DNA of 64,000 nt from Tricharina praecox. Taxonomy: Eukaryota. This document shows, piece after piece, positions 39,040 through 51,202 of this stretch (positions are counted from its first letter, which is position 1; each line of letters begins with the position of its first letter). A program made the translations under genes and the position numbers. The stretch spans positions 1 to 64,000 of the forward strand of contig NW_026250444.1 of NCBI RefSeq assembly GCF_024521635.1. The letters are read 5' to 3'. A model generated the notes under the pieces. That model was given only the letters and a program-made list of their open reading frames with translations, was not told the DNA's origin and searched no databases.

Positions 39040-40496
39040 GACAGGCGCACTGACGATGGGGGTGGGGATCATTGAATAAAAAATGCGGTTTATTGGTCTG
39101 GTTCTGGTCGTCGCGATTGTGACTGACGAGCCTCATTGTGTGTGTGAATCCGCTGTGCCCAATTTCGGAGGATACCTGTGGCCCTATCCCATGAATCGTA
39201 AGTTTAGGCTTAGAGTTCCAAAATGACTACACAGATCCACTCACCCCGGTATCTCTCGAAAAGTAGATCATATAAGCCCAGAGAACTTGTGGAGAAGGAC
39301 GCTGCTCTTCTACCTCCTATCTACAATGTGGCAAGATCTGGAAGTCTCCACCCTTATGGTTGATTTTTTAAATGAGACGCGGCGTGAGGGATTCGTGTTC
39401 CGGCGAGTCAAAACTTCAGACAAAAACCTGGTAGGCTCAGCACAACAACCGTTTTCTGCATCATAGAAACTTCAGAGAGCAAAGATATGGTATAGTAGAA
39501 GCTATCCAGTGTCACCAGCTCCTCAAAAGACAAAGCACGGATGAAAAAACGTAGTGACACGGAATATCACTCGCTAGCAGTTGACATTCACACAAATCGC
39601 ACCCCCGCCGCCGTCCTGAAACAAGTCCCGGCTATCCGAAATTCACCTGCTTGGCCTGGAGACATGGTACAATCACAGTCCTGAGGCCGCATTGCTGGCT
39701 CCGTTTCCGCAAGAGGCCATACATGGAACCGTGCCAGCTACCTACCTTCTCAGATTCTCCACAAAATTCAAAGCCTTCAGATGTCCGCATTTTCATTGTT
39801 CTATAGATAGTCATCTCTGATAGTTCTATATAATTTTCAAAGTTGCTGGGAAAGGTAACCTAGCATGGCATACAACCTCTCTTTACTACCGTAGTTTCGA
39901 TGGCATAGACCGCAGGACAAAAATCAGCCTCATCCTGAGAGGAGAGAAAGTGTCGCCATTTGCGCTCAAGACCCAATGATCGTGTAAGGTCTGGGGATTC
40001 TCGCTACGTCACAGTAATTTGAGGAGCAGCTGTATCATATTGTATGAATTTTAGGGGTTCGGGGAAAGATTCCATGTGGTGGTGGTGGGCCGGTATGGGT
40101 CGTGAAAAGCTGTAAAAATCACGCGGATTTGCACTTTTACATAGGTAGAAAGTGTGCCTTGAACCAACATCAACATCACAATATCACGTCAATGGATTAA
40201 ATGCTAGATCTGTATCCGAAGAACGTATCAGGCGGGTCAAAATCTTCCTGATTGAATTTGGGTGGGCGCCTCGGGTGTCGGCATTGGAGAGGCCGGCACT
40301 TTTGAGGCGATTATATTCGGAACTCCAGCACACTACGATCCATGGATAGTCCTTGAGGGTTTTTATATGTTGGATCTCGGATACGAATAGGATGTAGGTA
40401 GTTATAATCTTCAGGTGTGGCTGTGACCAGATTTGTCCCCGATTCTGACTCGCGGCTCGTTTGCAAGCGGTGTTTTGGCGTGTATCCTACTTGAAG

Positions 40497-40790
40497 GAGA
40501 CGGTATCCGCGGTGGTACCAGTAGGATGAGGAGTAATAGGGGTGAGAAGGTATCCGCCACAGATCCAGCAGGACAAATAGCAGTAGGAGGAGACGGTATC
40601 CACGGTGGTGCCGGTAGGACAAGGAGTAATAGAAGGAGACGGTATCCGCGTTGGTGGGCAGGGCGAGGAGCAGCCTTTGGGATATCAGAGTATCCACCGC
40701 AGGTCCAGCAGGGCGAGTAGCAGTAGGGGAAGACACTGGTATCCGCGGTGGTGCCAGTGCGGTATCCGCCGCGGGTGCAGTGGCATGGCG
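40497..40790. repeat. Degenerate 45-49 bp minisatellite (GGTATCCRC core)
   Basis: Core recurs near 40502, 40549, 40596, 40641, 40690, 40738 and 40761. Confidence 0.75.
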
Positions 40791-41383
40791 AGGACTCTCA
40801 CTTAGGGCTCCGTGACGAATGAGCATCGGGTGGGTGGTGGAACAACTTTCATGTTACGTCTTGCCTGTGATGAAGAAAGTACCTCTTCCACATGCAATAC
40901 CTACAGTTTCTTGACTCCTTGATGTTTTGTTTCATTTTTTCTTGTGTTTGCGTTTAATGCGGTCTCTACCGCTTTTCTTCGAATTCTTATTCAAGTTCAT
41001 GCAAAGGGCAATCAACTGCGGAATTAGAATAAATCCGTGTTTCTTGAGAGTTTTTTTTTGGTGTTGGCTAACAGTCCACGCCAATCGGGGTTGTAGCAGA
41101 ATACGTGTTGTTAGAAATACAAGATTCACACCGGATTTGCTCAAACACAGCACTCTGTAATTCCAAGCATCCGGACTTGCAAGAGTGGTTGGTAAATCAC
41201 CGTACTGACACGGGGTTAGGCCAAATACATGGTTCACACCGTGTCAATTTTGCCCACATTTTTTTTTGCTGAAAGATAACTCGTATCATAAGTGCGGTAG
41301 CCTCCCTCGAAACACCAAATAACGACGCTGAAACAGAAGTAGAACTCCGAAATAACACATCCAACAAATTCGCAAACACAGCC

Positions 41384-44300
41384 TCAACTTGCAAGCAGCT
41401 GCGTGTCGCTGATACTATGCGTCCCTCCTTCGCATTCATATCCACCCGCTACTCTCTTCCAATTGTATCCCGCCACACAGACCCCCATCTCTCTCAGCTT
41501 TTTTTGCGCCCTCTTTTCCTACTCGCCCTCTTTGTCAATTTCTTCTTGTACCTTGGAAGCATCTTGTGGAGAGGATGGTCCGAATGTGTTCGTTCGTCTG
41601 CTGCCGCTGGGGCCGGCTGCTTCTTTGGTGCGGTGGGGGGTGCAAATTAGTGGCGCCTGGTCAGTAGCTTTGGCAGTGGCAGTGTCGGCGTGGGTAGCTG
41701 TGTTATCTTGAGGTGCTTCGTCCTGGGCACGGGCAAGGGAATCTTCACCTGTTTGATTTGGTGTTGGGCAACCGGCCTTTCCAGCGCTGGTATTGCATCT
41801 CTCTCGTTGCAGAGCAATCATCCTCCGTATGCACGCGTCCGCGGTGGCAGGCTCGAAGAACAGTTCCCTTGTGTGACCCTGAGCCATCACTTCGAACACA
41901 ACCGATGACATCTGCGCGGCTAGTGTCTTGATATCTCGGGCATTGCTCCAGGTCGGAAAGACGGATAGAATTCGAAACAGCTTGGCCAGGTGACGATATC
42001 CCGGGGAAGAGGGATTCTTAAGGAAACTGGCGGAAATTCGCCTTTTCTCGAGCTCCCGGTCTAGTAGGGACAAGCATTCCGCGGGCTTCAGCTTCTCAAA
42101 AACGATTTCGTCAGGAAAGAGACTCGAAAGCGAGGGTCTGACGGCCATCAAGCGAGACATGTCCACAGAGTACCCTGCGAGAATGACGATCATCTTGCCG
42201 GAGTATCGTGGGGTGCCCAGAAGGTATATAAACTCGTGGACCGCTTCGGCTGCATATTGTCCGTCGGCAAGACGATACGCCTCGTCCACGAATAGTACTT
42301 TTCCGAGGGCATTTTCGAGTTGTGCCTTGGTCTTGGGACTGGTTTGACCGACATACTGACCGATGAGATCTGAAGCGGAACACTCAATCACGTCCGGGGT
42401 GGACAAGAAGCCCATATCATAGTAAATCTTGCCCATATTGCGGGCCGTGGTTGTTTTCCCAGTACCTATGAATATCGAAATTGTTAGCCTTGCCCACCCA
42501 ATGAGAGCGGATTGATGTGCGCAAGTGGATGTTTACTGACCCGGTGGACCTGTGAATACAAAGCGCGTGGGAACTTGCTCACGGGGATTGAAACCGTGGT
42601 TCTTCAGCACAGTCGCGAGTCGCTGTAAGCCCTCCAACTTCGTGATGATGCTATTGCTCACGAGGTCCTTGAGACGTTGCCTGCACTTGCTGATTGCGTT
42701 TTGGCTGCGATCGAATTCTGGGTCGAAGTCTTCGGGCTCAAATACAGCATCGTATCGTCGTTTGGTATAATCTTCCCCCCTCAGTTGCTTGGCTTGATAG
42801 TTCAGCTTGGCCTTATTGAGACATGCGTCAACCTCTCCTCCATTGGAAAAGTTCGGGCGCATTCGGGCGCGGTCTAGGATGTCGTGAGCGACACTGAGAG
42901 CTTCCGGTGTTGCAGTTACATCCAATTCCTTCATTTTCAACGTTAGGATGTTTTTCAACTGCCCTAAATCGAAGTCCTCGAACCGGAAAGGATCATCGAT
43001 GGCGAATCGTCGGGCGAGTCCGGGGTTGGCATTCTGGAACATTTCTTTGAGCTTGTCCTCGTAGCCGAGCATGAGGATGCATCGGTCGTCCCCAGGAACG
43101 CCCTGAACCTCTGCCACGATGGTGTCGACCACTGCCTTTCTGTAGTTATCCTGCTGCTTGTCGGGTGCGCCGGAGTTCAGCATGTACGCATCGTCAATGA
43201 TTAAAACCTTTCCTAGTGTAGTTGCGAGGAGGGCTCTCGTTTTGGCCTCCGACTTTCCGAGACATTCGCCAATGAAATCCGCTGGATTCTTCACGACCAC
43301 TATTAAGACGATGAAGTAGGCGACTTTGCCACGTGCCAAACGATGAAGGGAGCTCTTTACCTTCTCCAGTGCTGAGAAGCGATAGATCAGCCATGATTTG
43401 CCCATATAGCTTGGCAACCGTGGTTTTGCCTGTTCCTGGCGATCCTACGAAGACCCGGTTAAGAGGGAAGTCAAGTGGCTTCAGTTCCTTGAGCTCTCGT
43501 TCGTAATTCGTTTGAATCAATTCGCTCATCGTCCGCGCCGACGACTTGACGGCTTCGAGTCCGATGAGCGTATTGAGCTTCTCCCATGCTGGTCCGGCAA
43601 ATACTTTTGTAGGTCTTGGTCCGATCAAGTCTTCCTGCGTGAATTCAAGATACTCTTCCGGCTGTGGACGGATGCCGCTCCTCCTTTTCTCGGTCAGACG
43701 CCTGGCCTGGCGCTCTGATATCTTCGTCAACAGATTATTGACGGAACGAGCATTCCCAAAACCCCTAAGTCCTCGGCCTCGGGCCAATCGGCGGACAGCA
43801 ACACGCATGAAAAGACCGTCTATACCCCCTGCAATCACCATCCTATCAGCGCCTGACATCTTGAGTACCTCTTCGTAGGAGTCCGAGCTATCAGAGTCCG
43901 AGCCACGAAAGTGATGGGGTTTCTTCTTTTTTCGAAGATGCTGTACTTCTTGTCGATGCAGTCGGATAGAATTTGCCACAGCTCCACATCCTCAAAATCG
44001 GTAAACTGCAGGGTGTAAGGAATCCTGCTAGACAATCCGGGATTGTGTTCGAAGATGGTTTCCATTTCCTTGTTGTACCCGACAAAAATGACAACCAGCT
44101 TGCCGATATGGTTTTCTATCTCAGTGAGGATGATATCGAGAGCTTGTCGTCCTGCGTTCGGCGTGTAGGGAGCAGTAAGTTGATAAGCTTCGTCCACGAA
44201 GAGGACCCCCCCTCCCCGCTTGATAAGCTCATCAATGTGCATTTGAACCACATCGGGCCCCTGATGTGTAAGTTTTGCGCCGGATGTCTCAGTTACTTCG

Positions 44301-44751
44301 TTTGATGTCAAAATCCCCACAGATGCTAGAAATTTCGCATAAATACGAGCCACAGTTGTTTTTCCTACATGTACCAGTTTAGTACTGAGAACGATACCGA
44401 TGGTCAAGCCAGGGTTTGTCACATACCAGTCCCAGGATTTCCTTGGAACACGACGTTGAATCGTTCTTTCGCAAATGGGACCATGAGTTCGTCGATCGCA
44501 TCGTTCTTGTCGTCATATTGCTTCTTTTGCCGTTCCCACTCTTCCGCTGCAGCGGAATGCAAGGGCTTGAACGGTCGTGTGTCATGAGTCTTCTCGGAGG
44601 TTGCGTTCGAGTTCCGAGGTTCATTGACGGAAGGAGCTTCGAAAGCAAAGGCTACGGTTGACTGTAGTACCTGACGCTATGGATCCACACTTGTAAAACC
44701 ACTCGGGCGTGAAGGTTGTTTGGTGACGAGTGATATAAGTGACCACGGCAT
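41384..44751 (-). pseudogene. Triple CbbX/SpoVK-type AAA+ ATPase with a C-terminal Cys/His motif; interrupted by in-frame TAGs and a frameshift
   Basis: Walker A GNPGTGKT, GSPGTGKT and GPPGTGKT; Walker B VDEAY, IDDAY and VDEAY; 3 canonical introns; TAG at 41519-41521 and 44677-44679; frame change near 43930; 5' end uncertain. Confidence 0.8.
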
Positions 44752-45855
44752 CAAGACACTAGACGTTTGGGCTATGCAGCGCGGTGCGCACAACCGTCCA
44801 CACTGGGTGATGGCCGTCCCGCAGTACATTTGAGGCTGACAGGTCGGTTTTCTGCGCTGCCATGTATTCCTAAATCACTGGCCAGTGACCTGTCATGCTT
44901 AGAAGCACAATGCAAGTGTCTGTACACCATACAGATAGGTATGGCCACAACCGTTTAGAATAGCTGGGCGTAGCATACGCAGGCCAGTACGACGGAGGTA
45001 ACCTGGGCAATTAGTGTTGCTCAACCGGGCTGATGGGGGCCTGTACGGGCAGGTGTTCAGGTTGTCTCTTTTGGTCTCGTAGCTATCACACGTAGTCGAA
45101 CCAGTTCGCAGCGGAGAGGGTATCAAAACACCACATGGAAGAGAGGCCGCTACCAATGCTCGCCATAATCTGGCAGTTTTTTCCGTGCATGCACCACAAA
45201 AAGGTGCGCACTCGAGCTCATCTCTCCGACGGACGTATACGAAAGGCAACCGGGGAGAACAGTCGCCATTGCGTCTTGCATCCTACCTCCACGTAGGTGG
45301 GTGAGTTTCAGCTCTCGTACACTCCGAATCCTTCGAGAGAGTCCGGCGAGGAGACTGGATGTAGATTGGCGCGAATTGCCTGGTCGAAGGCGTGGTTATC
45401 CATGAGTAATGTTATCTAGATATACGGATTTCGGTTGACACCACCCGGCTAACTAGTTACTGGCTTGGCGGCTCAATGATCCTGAGATCAAAAATACTCG
45501 CACACGGTGTAATTAAAATACCTCTGCCGATGACCAACTAAAAACACACTCTAATGCCTTGGGGAGTCGGGACTCTTCTTTACCCCTCTCGTGGAATTGG
45601 AGTATATCTTTTATCAAAGACCGGGCAAAACGTGGTAGGGAAATTGCACGAATAATCCCCTCGGAAGGGTGAACATTCTAGTCGTTGCCGCCATGGCCTG
45701 GATGGGTTGAATGCGAATCTGATGAAACAAATAAATGCCCTTAGAACAAGGTCGAGGCTGGCAGCCTCTACTATGCGGCTGCATCATCTCTGGCCCGGTC
45801 AGTGCGGGCGAAGCTGCGCTGGGTATGAATTGCTGGACGGTAAATCAAGAGGATG

Positions 45856-45992
45856 TTTTTTTTTCTGTTCATTCATTGATTGCGTGCGACCTATCAAGAT
45901 CGTGGCAATATCTACACGTTCACCCCCGTTTCCCCACCACTGTCCAACCCAACTTTCATCAAGTGGCCCTGATATGGCTTTCCCCGCCCCCG
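45856..45992 (-). mobile_element. 5'-truncated non-LTR retroelement 3' end with poly(A)
   Basis: Poly-T on the plus strand; 14-bp TSD AAATCAAGAGGATG at 45842-45855 and 45993-46006; similar to 63617-63757. Confidence 0.85.
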
Positions 45993-47452
45993 AAATCAAG
46001 AGGATGGAGGGGACGTGGCAAGAATGTCAACGGGAAAGGAGCAACCGAAGAGTGATGCCGAAGTGCAACAACAGACATAGCTGCAGTGCAACAGCAGAAA
46101 TAGCTGCAACGTTGGCTCATGTCGGGTTTTCAACATCTGAAAAGCACAGTGTTCTTCGTACATAAACCGGAGTGGTCGAAAGGTGATTCGTAAAATACCT
46201 GGAGTGATCGAAAGGCTAGCAACGTACTGGAGTCCATATGGATTGTGAGACCTGAATTACATTGGGGTTGGATTGTTGGCTGTCGTGCGGTTGGACCTCA
46301 GCCGCATCCATATTCTACACCAGACGTGGAGTGATTGACAGTCAGTTGTTTTCTGAAAATGAGACATTTCGAGGCGATTGTCATATGGAATACAGAACGA
46401 TAACTTTTGAGCACCTTTGGACACATCAGAGATGCAGTGTTTTTTTGGGGTGGGATGGCGGCGGCCACACGTACTCTTCTAGGAAATACGCTCCGTGCAC
46501 CAGCCGAGGAGACCTGGCGGGAGGAGATCTGGAGGGCTGTCGAGATCAAAGAATTGGATGGAGAATAGTGACCGTTCATGTGCTGATATGTATGTGCTTT
46601 CGCTCGGATTTGTTGTGTTTCAGTTCAGCCATATCATGTACGAGGATATGCGTGCAATCGTAGAAGTACTTTGCAAACACCGCTGTGGTGATCATGAGGG
46701 TCAGGCGGATTGGCATTAATACCTGAAAATTCAGAGGCTCAAGAGCATCGTGAGAGCTCCATACAGCACTCAAGCTCTGGCGATGGCTGAAAGCAAGCAA
46801 AGTCCCGTACTTGTGAAGATTTTTTCACCACTTTTCGGAACCCGAAGACGGCAAGTAAGGCCGAGTGCCTGCGTGATACTTGATTATCTACAGTATATAC
46901 TCCATATGTACCCAAGGAATCGAGATTAGACCTCTACTGAGTGACCTGTTAGGGCTGCTTGAGCCAACCCTGCGCTAGATGTGGGATGCTTACAGCTAAC
47001 TATGCATACAGCTGCGTCCATAGTCTTGTTTTCATCATCGAAGACTGGTATTCAAACACCCTCCTATTTAGTATATATGCAACTCGTGCGGGCCAGTCGC
47101 GGGCCATGTTCACTTGTATCCAGGTGGTCCGAGTTCGCCGGCGCTCAAACTTCAATCAAGACTTTTCGTCTGCAATAACTGCTATATTCTTTGATCCGAT
47201 ATCTATATCCTACTGTTCTGTTGGCTGCCGATATCACACACCGTCACCGTCCTTTCACTGGGCATATATCCGATCCTTAAAACGCCAACCCGATCACGTT
47301 TCCGTATGTACGTCCACAGTCAATTTCTTGAAGATACCAGTCGACGGCCCTGAAAAGTGTACAGATTGTGCCTCCGGCTTGCCCCAGCTCTCGACGTCAA
47401 TCCGGCGGACTTCCACGCATCTCCTCTCTTTCTCGGCACTGCCTCTCGCACG

Positions 47453-49432
47453 ATGGTCGAAGCTTCGGCGACCGACTGGATGTCGGCAGTCTTCTCCGGA
47501 GTGGCAGCCATTGCAGCAATCATCACTCTCCTCACGGTGTACCACGCAGCGATATCGATAATTTCGCGCCGCGAAGCCTATCGGTTGGGTATTTCCCGGG
47601 AGGCTCTCGGTCCGTGGGAAAAGGCGGTGGTTCGGCCATCACTGTGGAAAATGCAAACGCAAATCTCCACGCCGACGATCAACTTGGCGAAATTAGGCGC
47701 CTTGAAGCCCGAAGATTGGCAACCGAGGATTACTTTCCCCATGCGGTTCGACCCAAAGCCGGAGAAGACTCCCTCTTGGCGGACAAGAATCACCTCCCCC
47801 ATGGGTGCCGCAAAGGACCCTCACTGCGACCTCGAAAAGGCTGCGGATCTCGGGCTCGTCCTGGCGGAGGCTAGTTGGGTCAACTTCCTCGAGGCGTTAA
47901 GCATTGCCGACGACAACAAGAAGTGCTACGAAATGCAAACCCAATCCGACATGGTCAATGGAATCGTTCCAATGCGCTGGAAGGGGAGGTATTTGGCTGG
48001 AATTAGTTCGATGCTTGGGTTCCAGGTGCCCCCGAAAAACCAAGAGGAACCCGATATGCCCATGACCCTTCCCTCTCAATGGTCGGGGCCTTTGGGTTGG
48101 CTGCAGTTCAGGGCCAGCGCAGATGGATGCGTCATCGAGTTCCGGAGGAGAAGGGTGCGAAAGGACCATCTAGCCAAAGAAACCCACACATATTATGCGA
48201 AGCTCGATGCGCGACCTCTATGCCTTCAATCACGGCTCTGGCAATCAATGTCCGGATTCTCATTGCCAGATGATGAGCTTCTTTACATTTCAGGCGCAGA
48301 TCCTAGGGAGCACGACCCCGCCGAAGAACAGCGCTCAACCGACGATATATGCAACCAAGTGATGGCTGATTCTCGCGACCTCACAGAAGAAGAGATAATG
48401 GACATGTTGTGGGGGAAAAATTCCCAGAGACCTCGAGCCCTCCAACCCGATGTCGTCCAGATGGGCCCATCTCAGGCCGGCGATCTAAAGGAACAGGAAA
48501 AGAAGAAGTCTCTGCAACTAGCCGTCCTCGTTCCGTGCCCCGGCCTTCTCTCCGTGGTTACAGAAGGAGAACTGGCGGACTGTCGCGGAATCGACCTTCG
48601 CTCGCGCAACTGCTACGAATATCGTAGGAAATACACCGATATTGCCGATTACAATTACACCAAAAGCGAAAACCCGCATCGACTCGGCCAGTTGTGCATG
48701 AGCGACGAAGTTCTAAAGCTCGTCAAAAAAGCTGTCCAGAGGTTGGAGCCAGACAGCTATTACTTCACGCCCAGCGCGATACTCAAAAACAGTGTGATGA
48801 ATATTTGGAAACATGTCGATGACTATTCGGACCGGCTCGATCCGAAAATCTTTCCAACCAGCGGACTTCAAGCTTGGGAAAGCGATTCTTCTCCACCCGA
48901 AGCCGGACTCGGGCAATTATACCACGCTATGACTGTTTGAAACGAATTCCAAGCCATCAAGAGCACGGGCCGAGCGGATTTTACGATCAACGACATAGGT
49001 ATCATCTCGAAAGCGTCCCAGACACTTCATAAGATTTTCTCGTCCACGGATGAACTGAATTACCAAGGAAACGATCTCATATGGGCAATCTTAGTGTCAA
49101 CTCCCCTCTTCACAGACCTGCTAGTGCGATTCAAGGCACTCACCGAAAAGGACTCCGATAGACTCCAAACCAACACCTTGACTAGTGAGCCTGGGGTCGT
49201 CGATTGCAGTTCCATAAATTTGCTAGGCGATCGGGATAGCGAGGGGGTAGCGCGATTGGAGAAAAAAGGAATATACGATGTTCCATTGATAAAAAGTGGG
49301 TCTTTTACTGAAGCTCAATTGCTGGTGGCGTTTGTGGATGTCTTCCTTACTTATTTCTGGATTGAAAATTCGTGGATTTCCAATGTCGGTCGCTATGATA
49401 CCACGATGCCACAGAGCGTCACGATGTGTTAG
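47453..49432 (+). pseudogene. Uncharacterised intronless protein (about 659 codons) with an N-terminal TM helix; one in-frame TGA at 48938-48940
   Basis: ATG 47453; the frame stays open after the TGA and runs into track ORF 49094-49432 (offset 156 nt). Confidence 0.75.
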
Positions 49433-49734
49433 AGGGTGGGGGGCGTGGGGGGCGTGGGAGTTAATGAATGAGTTTTCTTTAATTTGAGTGCAATTGATGA
49501 TGACGAATGGGGTGCCTCCTGGAGCCGTCCGAAAGTGTTCAGACTGTATCCAAGTCTTTTAAACGAAGGTTTGGAAAACAGACCTGTCCCTCAGAGAAGA
49601 TTTTCGGATTGCATAGTTAGTGCTGCAAACTTTCGCCTACCTACTTGCCGAGTGCACTGCTTCACGTACTATCACTCTTTAGAGAGATACGGGCCCTGTT
49701 GATATTATGCGTCTTGTTGCCTGTTCCGGTGTCA

Positions 49735-49797
49735 ACGGGGTGATATTGCCATGATCTAGATAGGTCGCATGCAATTGCTGATTAAACAAAAACAAAA
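49735..49797 (+). mobile_element. 63-bp retroelement 3'-end insertion with an A-rich tail
   Basis: ATTAAA plus A-rich tail; perfect 16-bp TSD GCCTGTTCCGGTGTCA at 49719-49734 and 49798-49813. Confidence 0.85.
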
Positions 49798-49830
49798 GCC
49801 TGTTCCGGTGTCACTGCTACTTTCCACTGT

Positions 49831-50358
49831 AGGCATCTGTCGGACGGACCAATCCACCAGTAAGGTCGGACGGGACGGACTGCAGTCGACTGCAGTCGAC
49901 TGCCAAGACTGGTACAAGGGGATAGAAATCACGACAGAAAGCTCGCAGCGTATTACCGGTGGTTGCAGTGGCTGAGGGAAGTATATGCACATGGGCTAAA
50001 GATGACGCCGCGGCGTTGATGGTACTAAATAAATATTGTGGTGCAAATTGTGGCGCAGATTATTGTTACTGGACGAAGATTGCGGCGCGGCAATGCTGGT
50101 ACTGGACGAAGATGGTGTCGCCGGTCACGGTTTCGCTAGCACTGGACGGAATTGGACACACGATGGTGGGAAATACTATCATATTTGGTGGGGTAAGTGC
50201 TGAAAAGAGTGGCAGTCGATGCAGTCCAACCCCGTGCAGCAAATTGGCGGACGGGACGGACTACTTTTATCCCGTCCTCAAAAAGGCACTGACGGGACTG
50301 GATATTGGTAGTCCGTCCCGTTCGGACTGTAGCCTGGACCGGACTATGGAGAACACTG
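49831..50358 (-). mobile_element. Inverted, truncated and interrupted copy of the hAT-type MITE
   Basis: 49831-49904 and 50212-50358 match the reverse complement of 50930-51202; one TIR ends at 50358. Confidence 0.8.
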
Positions 50359-50929
50359 TCTACCCCGCGGAGCTGGTAGGAAAGGTCGGGAAGTTGGTGG
50401 TCGCCATAGTCTAGTAAAGGCCGCATGCGACAATAGATTGATGTTCTCTCTCTCTCTCCGTCTCGGCCCGCCACAAGTGGGCACGGGAAGCAGCAGCCGC
50501 GAGGGGCGTGGAACACACCCTCCCGTCTAAGACCTATGGCCCCACAGGAGTGAAAAAATGCCTCTACCACGATCACCAGCTAATCTGAAGATGAATTAGG
50601 CACAGGAAAGAAGATGAATGAGAAGGTGATGTTCTCTCAGCGTCGACTCTAAGGCCTGGCACTATCTTATCTTATCAGATCAGATCAGAGTGACTGGGTA
50701 TGATCTGATGTTTGAGATAACGGGTCGCAAAGAACGCATGCCACTCCAAATTATGAGTGAAAAACTAGTTGTCAAATTTGTGTGGTAGCAGGAATGAGAT
50801 AATGTGAAATGAACAGGGCCTTATTGCTCTACTGAGTGACCCAAAAACGGGTGAGAAATAAAATCGTGATCAATTGGACTAAAGGTTTTTTGACGATGAC
50901 GATGAAAACAAAACAAGACGAGCAAGGAC

Positions 50930-51202
50930 CAGTGTTTTCCATAGTCCGGTCTAGACTTTAGTCCGGACGGGACGGACTGCCAAGATCCAGTCCCGTCCGT
51001 GCCTTTCGGAGGACGGGATAAAAGTAGTCCGTCCCGTCCGCCAATTTGCTGGACGGGGTTGGACGGCAGTCGACTGCAGTCCGTTCCGTCCTCCTTACTG
51101 GTGGACTAATCCGTCCGACAGACACCTCCGGACGGACTGGATGTATGTAGTCCAGTCCTGTCCATGGGTCGGACGGACTGGACTGGACTATGGAGAACAC
51201 TG
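50930..51202 (+). mobile_element. Intact 273-bp hAT-type MITE
   Basis: TIRs CAGTGTTYTCCATAGTCC; 8-bp TSD GCAAGGAC at 50922-50929 and 51203-51210; many GGAC/GTCC subterminal motifs. Confidence 0.92.

Noticed and set aside
44899..45249. Cys-containing ORF as NFX1 zinc-finger remnants of the AAA gene
   Set aside because: Cys/His spacing does not fit NFX1 repeats
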